From NCBI GenBank assembly GCA_003663325.1, contig QMZT01000002.1:731-64730 (forward strand): DNA of 64,000 bases, in the 5' to 3' direction. A model generated the notes under the pieces. That model was not told the origin of the DNA and made no database searches. It saw only the letters and a list, made by a program, of their open reading frames with translations. Position numbers and translations under genes: made by a program. This document shows, piece by piece, positions 28,435 through 39,533 of the stretch. Within the stretch, counting starts at the first letter, position 1. Each line of letters begins with the position of its first letter. Source of the stretch: Candidatus Aenigmatarchaeota archaeon (GTDB taxonomy: Archaea > Aenigmatarchaeota > Aenigmatarchaeia > QMZP01 > QMZT01).

Positions 28435-28469
28435 TAATTTTATAATGTTTGGTACTAAGTTCAATATGT

Positions 28470-29594
28470 ATGGAATATAGGAGCGCTGGTGTTGATATAG
28501 AGCTCGGGAATAAAGCATCTCGGATTTTATATAACGCAGCAAGAATAACATGGGAGAATAGGAAAGGCAGGCTTGGTGAGGTTGTTGAAATATCTCCTGA
28601 TTTTTCTGGAATAAGGGGCATTAATGTGGGTATGCTGCCAAAAGATACATACATGGGTATGGGTTTTGATGGTGTTGGTACGAAAATCGAAATTGCCGAA
28701 AGGGCGAGGAAGCATGATACCGTTGCATATGATTTGTTTGCAATGGTGTGCGATGATGCATCACGCATAGGAGCCGAGCCAGTTATAATTGGTTCTATTC
28801 TTGATGTTAATACCTTGTGTGATGGCGAAGACTCATATATCGATCTCCTGCAGCAACTGGCAAAGGGTTACATAGATGCTGCAAAAGAAGCAAATGTAGC
28901 TGTGGTTAATGGTGAAGTAGCTGAGGTGGGAGCGAGGGTCAGAGGATATGGGGAGTTTAATTATAACTGGGGTGCAAGCGTTATCTGGTTTGCAAGAAAA
29001 AACAATCTTATAACAGGAAAAGATATTAAAAAGGGTGACAGGCTTGTTGCACTAAGGGAGCATGGCTTCAGATCAAACGGTATATCCCTTGTCAGGAGGA
29101 TAATGGAAACAGCATATGGGAAAGAATGGCATAATGAAGAGTACTATGGTCAATTACTTGGGGATCTTGTATTGATTCCTCCTTCCAGAATTTATACACC
29201 TGCAATAGTGGACATGTGTGGTGGTGCTTTTAATGAACCAAAAGCTGAAGTGCATAGTGTTGCACATATAACAGGTGGTGGTATTCCAGAGAAGCTTGGT
29301 AGGGTGCTGAAAAATAGCGAATTTGGAGCATATATTGAAGATCCCTTTGAGCCTTTCGAGCTTATGCTTCTCTGCCAGGAAAAAGGCAATGTTAGTGATA
29401 GAGAAGCATACATGACATGGAATATGGGTCAAGGGATGATTATAATAACCCGTGAACCAGAAAAAGTTATAAAAATTGCCTCAAACTACGGGATTGAAGC
29501 TAAGGTTATAGGAGAGGTTATCGAAGGAGATAAGATAATCATAAAGAGCAAAGGTCTTCATCGCAAGGGAAAGGAGCTGATTTATAAAAAATGA
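28470..29594 (+). CDS. purM: AIR synthase (PurM)-like protein
   Basis: Y..AGVDI, DGVGTK, GE.AE, GFRSNG, AHITGGG, WNMGQG. Likely start MEYRSAG. Confidence 0.85.
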   Translation: MEYRSAGVDIELGNKASRILYNAARITWENRKGRLGEVVEISPDFSGIRGINVGMLPKDTYMGMGFDGVGTKIEIAERARKHDTVAYDLFAMVCDDASRIGAEPVIIGSILDVNTLCDGEDSYIDLLQQLAKGYIDAAKEANVAVVNGEVAEVGARVRGYGEFNYNWGASVIWFARKNNLITGKDIKKGDRLVALREHGFRSNGISLVRRIMETAYGKEWHNEEYYGQLLGDLVLIPPSRIYTPAIVDMCGGAFNEPKAEVHSVAHITGGGIPEKLGRVLKNSEFGAYIEDPFEPFELMLLCQEKGNVSDREAYMTWNMGQGMIIITREPEKVIKIASNYGIEAKVIGEVIEGDKIIIKSKGLHRKGKELIYKK

Positions 29595-29595
29595 T

Positions 29596-31191
29596 TCATT
29601 TTTTACTTGCAGCCCTAACAAAACCTAAGAAGATGGGATTTGGTTTCATGAGGCGGGATGTGAATTCTGGATGGAATTGCGTTGCTATGAAGAATTTATG
29701 TTTAGCTAACTCAAGAATTTGCATAATCTCTCCGCTTTTATCATGACCAGAAAAAATAAGGCCGCCCTGCTCTATAATCTCTTTATACTCAGGATTAAAC
29801 TCATATCTATGACGAAAGCGTTCTCTTATCTTTACCTTCCCATATAATTTATACGCCATACTACCTTTCTTTATTATCACATCCTGCCCGCCCAGTCTCA
29901 TTGTTCCACCTTTTTTATACACCTTTCTTTGTTCCGGTAGCAGATCTATTATTGGGTACTTTGTTTCCGGATCAATCTCTGTTGAGTTTGCATTCCTTAG
30001 CTTGCATATATTTCTTGCAAACTCTATGCATGCAAGCTGAAACCCGAAACATAGCCCAAGGAATGGCACATTATTTTCTCTGGCATACCTTATACATTCT
30101 ATCTTTCCCTCAGCCCCTCTACTACCAAAACCACCAGGTACCAGCACACCGTTAACATCACTTAGCACCCTCTCTGCCCTTATCTTTCCATTCTCAATAT
30201 CTGTTGTTTCTATCCATTTTATTTCTGGCTTTAATGATAGGTGCATGCATGCATGTGTTATTGCATGCAATATGGATACATATGAATCGTGCAACTCTGT
30301 ATATTTCCCTGTTATAGCTATTTTTACCCTCTTCTTGCTTCTTTCAAACCTTTCTACCAATTTCTTATATTCCCCCATTTCATTCCTTGTTGGCTTTAAA
30401 TCAAGATACTTAAGAATCTTCTCTGCAACCCTCTGCTTATTCAATATGATAGGCACTTTGTATATGTTTGTTATATCCGGCCCAGAGAATATGTGATCCT
30501 CTTTAACACCGCAAAATAAGGATATCTTTTTCTTAGCCTTTTCCTTTAGGTATTTCTCGCTTCTACAAAATATGAAGTCTGGCTGTATGCCTATCTCTCT
30601 TAGCCTTTGAACAGATTGTTGTGTAGGCTTTGTTTTTTGCTCACCCACACTTTTTATCACAGGTACGAGTGTGCAATGTATAAAGGCTACTTTGTATTTC
30701 AAAGCTAGTTGTCTCGTTGCCTCCAAAAATATCAGATTTTCGATATCGCCAACAGTTCCACCTATTTCAATAAGCTCTATATCAGCCCTATAAAGTTTAG
30801 CAACCCTTTCCAGCCATTTTTGTATCTCATTGGTTATATGTGGAATTATCTGAACGGTCTTGCCGAGATAATCCCCTTTTCTTTCTTTTTCTATTACAAG
30901 CTTGTATATCTTTCCCGTGGTTAGATTGTTCTCACTCCTCAGATTCATGTCAAGAAACCTTTCATAGGTGCCAAGATCCATGTCAACCTCGCTTCCATCA
31001 TCCAAAACAAAAACCTCGCCATGCTCTATAGGATTCATCGTACCTGCGTCAACATTAACATATGGGTCTATCTTGATCGGCACTACCTTATATCCTCTCA
31101 TCTGTAAAAGCTTTGCGAGTGATGCCGTAAATATACCCTTACCAAGACCAGAAATTACACCCCCACTTACAACAATAAATCTTGTAGGCAT
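29596..31191 (-). CDS. pyrG: CTP synthase
   Basis: GGVISGLGKG, KTKPTQ, GLCFG, RHRYE, QFHPEF. Confidence 0.98.
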   Translation of the reverse strand: MPTRFIVVSGGVISGLGKGIFTASLAKLLQMRGYKVVPIKIDPYVNVDAGTMNPIEHGEVFVLDDGSEVDMDLGTYERFLDMNLRSENNLTTGKIYKLVIEKERKGDYLGKTVQIIPHITNEIQKWLERVAKLYRADIELIEIGGTVGDIENLIFLEATRQLALKYKVAFIHCTLVPVIKSVGEQKTKPTQQSVQRLREIGIQPDFIFCRSEKYLKEKAKKKISLFCGVKEDHIFSGPDITNIYKVPIILNKQRVAEKILKYLDLKPTRNEMGEYKKLVERFERSKKRVKIAITGKYTELHDSYVSILHAITHACMHLSLKPEIKWIETTDIENGKIRAERVLSDVNGVLVPGGFGSRGAEGKIECIRYARENNVPFLGLCFGFQLACIEFARNICKLRNANSTEIDPETKYPIIDLLPEQRKVYKKGGTMRLGGQDVIIKKGSMAYKLYGKVKIRERFRHRYEFNPEYKEIIEQGGLIFSGHDKSGEIMQILELAKHKFFIATQFHPEFTSRLMKPNPIFLGFVRAASKK

Positions 31192-31255
31192 AATATATTA
31201 TGTTTCCAAACTACTTAAGTTTTACCAAAATCTAATTTAAAATTTTTGAATAAAA

Positions 31256-31648
31256 ATGAATATGAAGAAGTATCTTTATCTAAGCCTTTCCATTATAGAA
31301 ACTGCTCTGCTTATTTACCTTTCTGTCCAACCATACAAAACCGCTGTAATGAAACCGTTGCTGCCTATGATGAGAAGCGGCGATATAGAACATTTTTTAG
31401 CATATTCCATCTATGCAATGCTGCTCATAAATACATCAAGAGCATTTAATAAGTCAGAAAGATATTTTCTTTTCTTCGGTTTAATAATAGCAAGCTTTAC
31501 AGAAGCTGTACAAACAATTGTACCAAATAGGTACGGAGAGCTTATGGATATGCTTATAAATTACTTTGGACTCTTTATAGGAACTATTTTTATGAGGCTA
31601 CCTCTTTTTTCTTCTAAATACGAGGTAAAATTCAGTCAAAGCCTTTAA
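31256..31648 (+). CDS. VanZ-like membrane protein
   Basis: HFLAY, E..Q..VP.R, D...N..G. Confidence 0.8.
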   Translation: MNMKKYLYLSLSIIETALLIYLSVQPYKTAVMKPLLPMMRSGDIEHFLAYSIYAMLLINTSRAFNKSERYFLFFGLIIASFTEAVQTIVPNRYGELMDMLINYFGLFIGTIFMRLPLFSSKYEVKFSQSL

Positions 31649-32362
31649 TGTAAATGTTTTTACTACCGCCGCTCCAAACGAATAAATAACTAATGCCAAA
31701 TGTGTTGAAAAAACGGCATACACTAACAAAGCTGGAGATGTGAAATACTCTATCCTAATACCATATAAAAATAATATACATACCGCAAGCAATACAAGAA
31801 CAACAATAAATGGTATATAGGCAAGCAATATTAGTATGTAACTAAGTGGTACCCATAAGGGATGCCTTCTAAATATACGTACAGACTCTGATATGCCTTC
31901 GTAAAAACCATTATTTGAAATTATTATAGATTGCAATGTGAAAATAAAGGCAAGGAAGAGTATGAACTCTATAATAAATCCCACAAGCGGTATCATTGAA
32001 AAAAGTGTTGTAATTAGCCATATAACAAATATTGCCGCTATCATAGATTTGTATTTTTCCATTGCTCGTTTCCAGCTCTCCTTGTAATATTTCCATTTAC
32101 TCTTCCATGACTGATATATTACAGCACCGTCTATTAATGTAATGATCATGAATTGCATAATAGCCAATATAAATACAGCTGGCATAAAATCCCATAAGTA
32201 GAGCTCCCCTGGATTTAGTATAATTGATAGAATCTCATCTTTAAATATCATGAAGCCAACCAAAGATAACACTAAATATACAATAAAATATGGAAACCAC
32301 CTCTTGTAATGTAAGGAAAACTTGGCACTTTTAGATAATATAGCCAATACAGGAATATTCAT
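31598..32362 (-). CDS. Hypothetical multi-pass membrane protein
   Basis: Hydrophobic ORF with 5-6 TM segments. Confidence 0.7.
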   Translation of the reverse strand: MNIPVLAILSKSAKFSLHYKRWFPYFIVYLVLSLVGFMIFKDEILSIILNPGELYLWDFMPAVFILAIMQFMIITLIDGAVIYQSWKSKWKYYKESWKRAMEKYKSMIAAIFVIWLITTLFSMIPLVGFIIEFILFLAFIFTLQSIIISNNGFYEGISESVRIFRRHPLWVPLSYILILLAYIPFIVVLVLLAVCILFLYGIRIEYFTSPALLVYAVFSTHLALVIYSFGAAVVKTFTLKALTEFYLVFRRKKR

Positions 32363-32418
32363 AATTATTATTTAAATTTCTTTAGCTTTATAAAGTATTA
32401 TGGATTTTTGGTGATACT

Positions 32419-32916
32419 ATGAAGGCTCCTATATGTGATGTTTGCCTTACATCAGACATACTTTGCAAAGCTGATAAAGAGAAGATGGAAAAGGGTATAA
32501 TTAGTGAGAGTGATGTAAGGGTGTCGAGAAGTATTTATGAGCTCTCTAAACATGTAAGGCCACTAAAGGATATAACTATAAAGAAGGTGATAGAAACAAA
32601 CAATTTGGTGGTTATAGTTTGTAAAGAAGGTGATGCATCAAAGATAATAGGCAAAAGTGGGGTTATAGTTAAAAAGCTTTCAAAGCACCTAGGTAAAACC
32701 GTAAGGGTTATAGAAGAGGCAAAGGATATGAGGGATTTTGTTCAAAAACTATTATTTCCAACATACGTGCTCGGCATAAATATACTTTATACCCCAGAAA
32801 AGGAGATATATAAGATAAAAATACCGAAAAAAAGGGCAAATATAAATACCAAATCACTGGAGGAGATAATTAAGAAGGCATTTGGTGTTGAGGCAAAAAT
32901 AGTTCCTTGTTCTTGA
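32419..32916 (+). CDS. Archaeal NusA-like KH-domain protein
   Basis: MKAPICDVC..S..LC N-terminus and the IIGKSG KH motif. Confidence 0.8.
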   Translation: MKAPICDVCLTSDILCKADKEKMEKGIISESDVRVSRSIYELSKHVRPLKDITIKKVIETNNLVVIVCKEGDASKIIGKSGVIVKKLSKHLGKTVRVIEEAKDMRDFVQKLLFPTYVLGINILYTPEKEIYKIKIPKKRANINTKSLEEIIKKAFGVEAKIVPCS

Positions 32917-32921
32917 TTTAG

Positions 32922-34709
32922 GTGTTTAACATGAAAAAAAGAATAGTAGTTCTGGATAGAGATGCTTGTCAGTTTAACAAATGTAACTATGCATGTATGA
33001 AAGCATGCCCGATAAATAGAGCAGGAAAGGAATGTGTGCGTATTGGTGAAGATCGCTATCCGATTTTCAATGAAGAACTATGTATAGGTTGTGGTCTTTG
33101 TGTGAAGGCTTGTGAGAAAGCAAACTTCAACGCCATAACACTTGTTAATATACCAGAAGCGCTGAATGAAGACCCGGTGCATAGATACGGTACAAATGGG
33201 TTTTCTTTATACAGGCTCCCAATTCCGCAAAAAAATAAAGTAATAGGCATAATAGGGGCTAATGGTATAGGTAAGAGCACGATACTAAAGATACTCTCAG
33301 GTATTATAATGCCAAATCTTGGAAAAGAACGGGCTGAATGGAAAGAGATACTAAGAAGATTTAGAGGTAGTGAACTTCAATCGTATCTTGAAAAGCTTTC
33401 AAAGAAAGGGGTGAGAGTTGCGTATAAACCGCAAAATATAGACCTTATACCAAATGTATGGAAGAGGAAACGGGTTAGAGATTTGCTCAACAAGATTGGA
33501 GGTGATTATGAATATTTTATCAATACCTTTGGTATAAATGCTGTATTAAATAAAAATATATCTGAGCTTTCTGGTGGTGAGCTCCAGCTGGTTGCAATAG
33601 TAGCAACATTAATAAAGGATGCAGAACTTTATTTCTTTGATGAGCCGTCCAGCTATTTAGATGTTAAAAGCAGGTTGCTTGTTGCTAAGGAGATACGAAA
33701 ACTTAGCAAGAGGAGTATGGTTATGGTTGTTGAGCACGACCTTGCCATTCTTGATTATCTGAGTGATGGCATACATATTATATATGGAAAGCCCGGAGCA
33801 TTCGGAATAGTATCACATCCCTATGGCGTTGGTACAGGCATAAATACATACTTGCATGGCTATATTAAGGATGAGAATGTTAGAATCAGGGAAAAGCCAA
33901 TAGTATTTTCTGATGTTGCGAAAAGCGCTGGCAGCTTTAAAAAATATTTTGAGTTCCCACAGTTAGAGAAGCATTTTGAGAATTTTTCTTTGATTGCAGA
34001 GGGAGGGAGCATAAATAGAGGTGAAATAATAGGCATACTTGGACCTAATGGGACGGGTAAAACAACGTTTATAAAGATGCTTGCAGGAATAATAAAGCCG
34101 GATAAAGGGGTCATTAAGAGCGAGCTAAAAATTTCATTCAAGCCCCAACGTCTTGTTCTTAATGCCAAAGATGCCAGTAAAAGCGTTAAGGAATATCTTT
34201 ATGAAAAACTTAAAGACAGGGCATATGATACAGAGTTTAAAAGAATACTAAGAGCGCTTTCAATCGAAAGGAATTTAGAGAAAGATGTATCGTTCCTATC
34301 TGGCGGTGAATTGCAAAGTCTATTCATAGCAGAGAGTATTGGCAAGGAGCACGATATACTATTCTTGGATGAACCTTCAGCATTTCTAGATGTCGATCAA
34401 AGATTGTATATGGCAAAGATTGTGAGGGATCATATAAAGAGAAATGGTAAGGCATGTTTTATCGTTGATCATGATTTACAGGTAATAGATGCGATGTCTG
34501 ATAGAATAATACTCTTTGAAGGTGTTCCAGGTGTCAGAGGCCATGCTCATGCCAAGCTCACGCTTCAAGAAGGTATGAACCTATTTCTTAAAGGGCTTGG
34601 TATTACATTTAGAAGAGATAAAATAACGAAAAGGCCGAGAGCAAATAAAGAAGGAAGCATCAAAGATCGAGAGCAAAAGAAATCAGGAAACTATTACTAT
34701 ACAAAATAA
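32922..34709 (+). CDS. rli: Ribosome-recycling ATPase ABCE1/Rli
   Basis: N-terminal FeS cysteines, two NBDs with LSGGELQ, ITFRRD. Confidence 0.96.
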   Translation: MFNMKKRIVVLDRDACQFNKCNYACMKACPINRAGKECVRIGEDRYPIFNEELCIGCGLCVKACEKANFNAITLVNIPEALNEDPVHRYGTNGFSLYRLPIPQKNKVIGIIGANGIGKSTILKILSGIIMPNLGKERAEWKEILRRFRGSELQSYLEKLSKKGVRVAYKPQNIDLIPNVWKRKRVRDLLNKIGGDYEYFINTFGINAVLNKNISELSGGELQLVAIVATLIKDAELYFFDEPSSYLDVKSRLLVAKEIRKLSKRSMVMVVEHDLAILDYLSDGIHIIYGKPGAFGIVSHPYGVGTGINTYLHGYIKDENVRIREKPIVFSDVAKSAGSFKKYFEFPQLEKHFENFSLIAEGGSINRGEIIGILGPNGTGKTTFIKMLAGIIKPDKGVIKSELKISFKPQRLVLNAKDASKSVKEYLYEKLKDRAYDTEFKRILRALSIERNLEKDVSFLSGGELQSLFIAESIGKEHDILFLDEPSAFLDVDQRLYMAKIVRDHIKRNGKACFIVDHDLQVIDAMSDRIILFEGVPGVRGHAHAKLTLQEGMNLFLKGLGITFRRDKITKRPRANKEGSIKDREQKKSGNYYYTK

Positions 34710-34731
34710 AAGAAAAAAGAAATGGAAAGGT

Positions 34732-37095
34732 TTACAAGCTGTTTACTTGTCCTTTCCACTCATCACCGCTTAGCGCTGCAAAGGTGTCAGGCTTCATTAT
34801 CTTTTGTGCAAGTGTTCTTGTGTCATCACCGCTGTAACCTGCTACTATCAATGCCTTGTGTGTACTTCCTAGTACATTCTCTACAACCTTTAGCAAACCT
34901 GCACCTGCCTGACCAAGTGTTGCATCACTTCTCCAATACTCACAGGAATCCGTTGTGTTCCATGCCTCATTAAGTATACTCTTTACCAGAGTATTTGCGC
35001 ATGGACCACCAACCAATATAAGGTCCTGTGTTGGTGTGCTTGGAATCTCACTTGCAAACTTAGCTACAGGGTTGTAAATTGGTACTGCCTCTTTATATGT
35101 TCCACCAGTTGTAGCACCTGTAGTTGAGAATACCGGATCTGCACCAACTGCAAGGTTGACATATGCTGGTCTTGTACCTGGATAATACACTGTTATGGAA
35201 TCCGAGTCCGTGTCATGCTCTACATATGTACCGTATGTTGTTACCCCTGCATATTTATTTTGTGTCCCTATCTGGCTTGTTGTTACACCGCTCAATGAGA
35301 AGCTTACATCGTTACTTGCATAGCTTGCCAGCATGTTTATTGTTGTACCTGTTGGATCGTTACCTACTGTGTACAATGGGTTTTCAGTTACATTAATAGC
35401 AGCCATTGTTGCTGCACCGATTATCGCTTCTCCTTGTGTGTACATGTTAACTGTTGTCCTGTTTATTGCCCCATCTCCGTTTAGGTCAACGAGTATTGAC
35501 TGATCAGCCGATTGATACTTCACTTTGAACGCCAGCGCACCAATTCTTAGGTATGAATCGGTCTTATAATATACATCATAGTTTGTTCCTGTTGCTATAT
35601 CCTGAAGGGTTACATGCTCCTTTCCGCTTGTTGTTGTAAGGCCTGCATACTTAAGCACATAGGTTTTCTTTTCATCGCTAACGACAAAGTAATCTCCTCT
35701 TGTTATGTTGTATGCACCACTTGTTTCATTACCTTCCTGTATCCATACCTCATGAGTACCATCGTATGTTCTCTCCCATGCACCTGCTGATGAGTCATAG
35801 TAGAACATATCAAATGCATACTCCGTTCCATCCTTGTTTGTAAATGTAAGCTTTACCTTATTTGTACCATCCTTTGCAACCTTTATTACATCCCTGCTTG
35901 AATCTGTCATTCCCGGTGTCATTCCATTGAGCTTGAATTTGAACGCACCAAACACTGGGTCAACGTATTCACCGCCATCTGCTAGGTACGTATCTGTATC
36001 TGGTGCTATCTTTACAACAAGCGATGTTATCTTTGTACTAGTAGAGTTTGTTATGTATACCATTGTATTTGTTAACTGCTCATCATTCTTCTCAACCGCT
36101 TCTCCATTCTTAAATACAAGCTTATCCGTTCCAATGAATAGCTGGGCACTACCTGTCTGGCCAGCACCACCGCTTGCTGACGGCGTATTTATAACTGTAA
36201 CGTCATTTACGTATACCTTTGTTGATGTGCCTGGGAATGTGTATGTTTTTTCTTCTTGCCATGCAGATGGTGTTGTTGCTTGTCCATCTATCTTCAATAT
36301 TGCTCCATATGGTGTTGTTGATGTATCCCATCCTATCATCTCTATTGTGTGCTCAACACCATCTATTGTTACCGTCACAGGATCACCACCCGCTGTAACG
36401 GTTACTGTCTGGGTACCTGTTGCCGAATAAAGCTCAATCTCTGGTGCTCCGCCTACCGCAGTTCCTGTATTTGGACCAAATGTGTATTCTTTGCCAAGCA
36501 ATGTTATCTTATAGTTTGAATCGACCGCATTTGTGTCCAAACCACCAAGGAAATAAAACTTCACGTAGTATGGCTTGCTTGAACTGAATGTTGTGTAAAG
36601 CTTTGGTTCTGTAAACTCTGTTGTTGTGCCGAATGTTACTGTTTGGCTGCTAAGATTTAAAGCTTGTTGATATGTGATTGTCTGTGCGTTTTTATCTGTA
36701 AATTGCTGGTTTGCGAACAAATCCAAATCTGTACCTGTTATTGTGTCTTTTACGGCATTCATTGCCGTGCCAAGATATAACTTGTTTAAATCGCTACTTA
36801 TAAGCACCCCATTACTTACGCTTGTTACACCTGCTGTTGAAGGTATAACCTTTTCTTGTACTGCATATTGAGAAGTTAATGCAGTTGCTATATCTATAGC
36901 TCCAAGTACATCCTGTACCAATGCATTATCGCCAACAACTATTGCTGGTTGGGATAGTGTATTACCTGCCACATCTACCTGTACATATGGCTGCAATCCC
37001 TGATTGAGTGTTGTTGTACCAAAAGCGCCAAAAGCTAAGGTTGCTCCAGTTGCCAATGTGGCAAGACTACCAGCAACCAATTTCTTTATCTTCAT
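34732..37095 (-). CDS. S-layer protein
   Basis: Signal-peptide-like N-terminus, IVVG..A...D..GAIDIA, C-terminal LILVGGPCAN and ALIVAG. Thr-rich with a strong GGAGG SD. Confidence 0.88.
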   Translation of the reverse strand: MKIKKLVAGSLATLATGATLAFGAFGTTTLNQGLQPYVQVDVAGNTLSQPAIVVGDNALVQDVLGAIDIATALTSQYAVQEKVIPSTAGVTSVSNGVLISSDLNKLYLGTAMNAVKDTITGTDLDLFANQQFTDKNAQTITYQQALNLSSQTVTFGTTTEFTEPKLYTTFSSSKPYYVKFYFLGGLDTNAVDSNYKITLLGKEYTFGPNTGTAVGGAPEIELYSATGTQTVTVTAGGDPVTVTIDGVEHTIEMIGWDTSTTPYGAILKIDGQATTPSAWQEEKTYTFPGTSTKVYVNDVTVINTPSASGGAGQTGSAQLFIGTDKLVFKNGEAVEKNDEQLTNTMVYITNSTSTKITSLVVKIAPDTDTYLADGGEYVDPVFGAFKFKLNGMTPGMTDSSRDVIKVAKDGTNKVKLTFTNKDGTEYAFDMFYYDSSAGAWERTYDGTHEVWIQEGNETSGAYNITRGDYFVVSDEKKTYVLKYAGLTTTSGKEHVTLQDIATGTNYDVYYKTDSYLRIGALAFKVKYQSADQSILVDLNGDGAINRTTVNMYTQGEAIIGAATMAAINVTENPLYTVGNDPTGTTINMLASYASNDVSFSLSGVTTSQIGTQNKYAGVTTYGTYVEHDTDSDSITVYYPGTRPAYVNLAVGADPVFSTTGATTGGTYKEAVPIYNPVAKFASEIPSTPTQDLILVGGPCANTLVKSILNEAWNTTDSCEYWRSDATLGQAGAGLLKVVENVLGSTHKALIVAGYSGDDTRTLAQKIMKPDTFAALSGDEWKGQVNSL

Positions 37096-37126
37096 ATTCA
37101 ACCTCCTTTTTTATTTTTGTTTTAAT

Positions 37127-37162
37127 TACGCAGAGCTATTTTTATATTCACAGCTCTGCGTA
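37127..37162 (-). promoter_or_regulatory. 11-bp 5'-UTR hairpin of the S-layer mRNA
   Basis: TACGCAGAGCT...AGCTCTGCGTA, about 25 nt downstream of a TTTATATA box (about 37185-37192, minus strand). Confidence 0.6.
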
Positions 37163-37476
37163 TTAATAATTGAATACAAAGTGGTATATAAAGCTTATGT
37201 GAAACTGTTTTGCTCGCCTTATACTCATTTCTTAATTTCCAATATTTTTAGGTGATATAAAAGAATATTTAATATTATTGTTCCACATTAAAAAATTTTT
37301 ATTTTTTTAAAAAATATTTCAAAAATTCTCTAATTTAAGATTTTTGAACCAATCTTACTTAATATAACTAATATAAACTGTTGCTATCGTCATACAAAAA
37401 AACAATTAAGCTTAAATATATTACAAAAACTAAATTATTAAAAGTATTCGGAGGTTAAAAGTAAAGGGTATGGGAT

Positions 37477-37992
37477 ATGATAACTGTGATAGTATTTTTA
37501 TTTTCAATCTTGATGTATCTTTTATTGACCATTGGCTCAGGGGATATTATTTTTTGGAGCTATGAAGAGTTAGCATGCGGAATTTTTATTTCCATTTTAG
37601 CAACATTAATCGCAAAGAAGCTACTTTCCATGATAAGCTTTGAGTTATCCAAATCGAAATCGAGTATGGTAAGCTTAAAAAGAGCTTGCCTGTTTATTGT
37701 TTATCTTCTTGGTCCATTCTTCTTCAATATGGCAAAAGCTAATATTATTCTTGCATACAGGGTTATAACTAATAAAATAGAGCCTGCTATTGTAAAAATA
37801 TCCCCACAACTGAAAACAAATTTTGGCATAGCTATGCTCTCAAATTTTATTACTCTTACCCCCGGTACACTTTCCCTTGCTATTGATGAAGAAAAGAATA
37901 TCTATGTTCACTGGATATATATGAAACATAAGGAACCAAAGCTATATGAAATCTTTTCATCACCAAAATTGATAAGGAAGGTGTTAATATGA
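37477..37992 (+). CDS. mbhA: Mbh subunit A (MnhE-like)
   Basis: KAN...A..V, ITLTPGT, VHWI. Confidence 0.88.
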   Translation: MITVIVFLFSILMYLLLTIGSGDIIFWSYEELACGIFISILATLIAKKLLSMISFELSKSKSSMVSLKRACLFIVYLLGPFFFNMAKANIILAYRVITNKIEPAIVKISPQLKTNFGIAMLSNFITLTPGTLSLAIDEEKNIYVHWIYMKHKEPKLYEIFSSPKLIRKVLI

Positions 37993-38243
37993 TACTCTAT
38001 TTGATAATATCGATCATCTTAAGTATCTTGGCTCTGTTATGTTGGCTTAAAGTTATTATAAGCCGTACTATAGTGGATAAAATGGTAGCGTTGGACGCTG
38101 CAAACACCATAGTTATTTCATTCTTGATATTGCTCGGTGCTATTTTTAAAGAAATTGTCTATGTTGATGTAGCGATTGTTTATGCAATGCTTAGCTTCGT
38201 ATCTATAATTTATATCTCAAGATATTTGGAGGGTTGTAAATGA
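37989..38243 (+). CDS. mbhB: Mbh subunit B (MnhF-like)
   Basis: D.MVALD, DVAIVYAMLSF, RYLEG. Confidence 0.88.
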   Translation: MILYLIISIILSILALLCWLKVIISRTIVDKMVALDAANTIVISFLILLGAIFKEIVYVDVAIVYAMLSFVSIIYISRYLEGCK

Positions 38244-38578
38244 TAACAGCTGTTGCTTTCCTATGCGCCGGTATTTTTTTCCAAACAATAGGGGTTATTG
38301 CATTGTATAGATTTCCAGATGTGTACACAAGGATTCATGGGACTACGATGTGTACAACGCTTGGCTCGATTCTATTTTATATAGGCATTAGTATGTATGC
38401 ATTTTTTTCTTTTAATGAAAATTGGCTTGCCTTTACCTCACATATATTTATAACCTTGATCTTACTTTTAATAACAGCTCCAACTGGGTCGCATGCCATA
38501 GCCAGGGCTGCTTATAAAAGTGGTATAAAACCAAAAGTGGTTTTTGATAAACTGAGGGATGCAAAATGTTCGAAATAA
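38240..38578 (+). CDS. mbhC: Mbh subunit C (MnhG-like)
   Basis: RFPDVYTRIH, P.GSHAIARAA. Confidence 0.9.
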   Translation: MITAVAFLCAGIFFQTIGVIALYRFPDVYTRIHGTTMCTTLGSILFYIGISMYAFFSFNENWLAFTSHIFITLILLLITAPTGSHAIARAAYKSGIKPKVVFDKLRDAKCSK

Positions 38579-38817
38579 TAGAGATGATCATACTGCTGGG
38601 GGTGATATGCACTAGCGTGGCTGCAATGCTTTCAAAAGATCTTTTAGTATCGGTTGTATTGCTGGCTGCTATGAGTTTATTACTTTCTTTGGAATTTTAT
38701 ATCTTGCATGCCCCTGATGTAGCTATAGCTGAGGCTGCAATTGGCGCAGGTTTATCCACTGCCATATACATCATGGCTATAAATAAAACGGATAGGTGGG
38801 AAAATGAAAATGGCTAG
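38566..38817 (+). CDS. mbhD: Mbh subunit D
   Basis: [14 protein letters not shown]. Confidence 0.88.
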   Translation: MFEIIEMIILLGVICTSVAAMLSKDLLVSVVLLAAMSLLLSLEFYILHAPDVAIAEAAIGAGLSTAIYIMAINKTDRWENENG

Positions 38818-39082
38818 GGTTGTAACTTTAGCTCTGTTTTTTGTATTCCTCCTGATAACATCACTTGCTATGCGCCCTTTTGGAAAGCCAAGCAATACTG
38901 GAATGGATGATTACTTTATCCAAAATGGCCAAGCCCAAACAGGAAGCAATAACATCGTAACCTCTGTTGTTTTTGATTATAGAGGCATGGATACCCTTGG
39001 TGAAGCCACAGTACTTTTTGCTGCTGCAAGTGGGGTCTTGCTTATATTCCAAAGAGCAGTGACAGGTGGTAAGCATGAATGA
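38804..39082 (+). CDS. mbhE: Mbh subunit E
   Basis: [22 protein letters not shown]. Confidence 0.9.
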   Translation: MKMARVVTLALFFVFLLITSLAMRPFGKPSNTGMDDYFIQNGQAQTGSNNIVTSVVFDYRGMDTLGEATVLFAAASGVLLIFQRAVTGGKHE

Positions 39083-39533
39083 TGTGTCCTTAATAGTAAA
39101 GGTGGTAGCGTATATCCTTATTGTTCCCGTATTTATCTTTGGATCCTACGTCATATTGCATGGTCATCTAAGCCCGGGTGGTGGATTTGCAGGTGGAGCT
39201 ATCTTGGCAACACTTGTTGCGATGCTTGTTATTACATTTAGGGATGATTTTAAAGAAAACCCGCATGAGATCTTTTCTATTTTAGAATGCATCGGCATGA
39301 TCTTTTTTATCCTCCTTGCTTTTTTTGGTCTTTCATCATCATTTTTCCATAATTTCCTTGTTAATCTTAATGGTTTATTTGGCAAGCCTGTGCATTTTGG
39401 TGTAAATCCCGGATATCTAAATACTGCTGGCGTGATCCCTTTAATGAATATGGCTGTAGGTATAGAGGTATTTTCAGCATTGTCTTTGATAGTATTGATG
39501 CTTAGTATGAGGTATGGTGGTGAGAGAAAATGA
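39075..39533 (+). CDS. mbhF: Mbh subunit F (MnhB-like)
   Basis: [13 protein letters not shown]. Confidence 0.9.
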   Translation: MNDVSLIVKVVAYILIVPVFIFGSYVILHGHLSPGGGFAGGAILATLVAMLVITFRDDFKENPHEIFSILECIGMIFFILLAFFGLSSSFFHNFLVNLNGLFGKPVHFGVNPGYLNTAGVIPLMNMAVGIEVFSALSLIVLMLSMRYGGERK

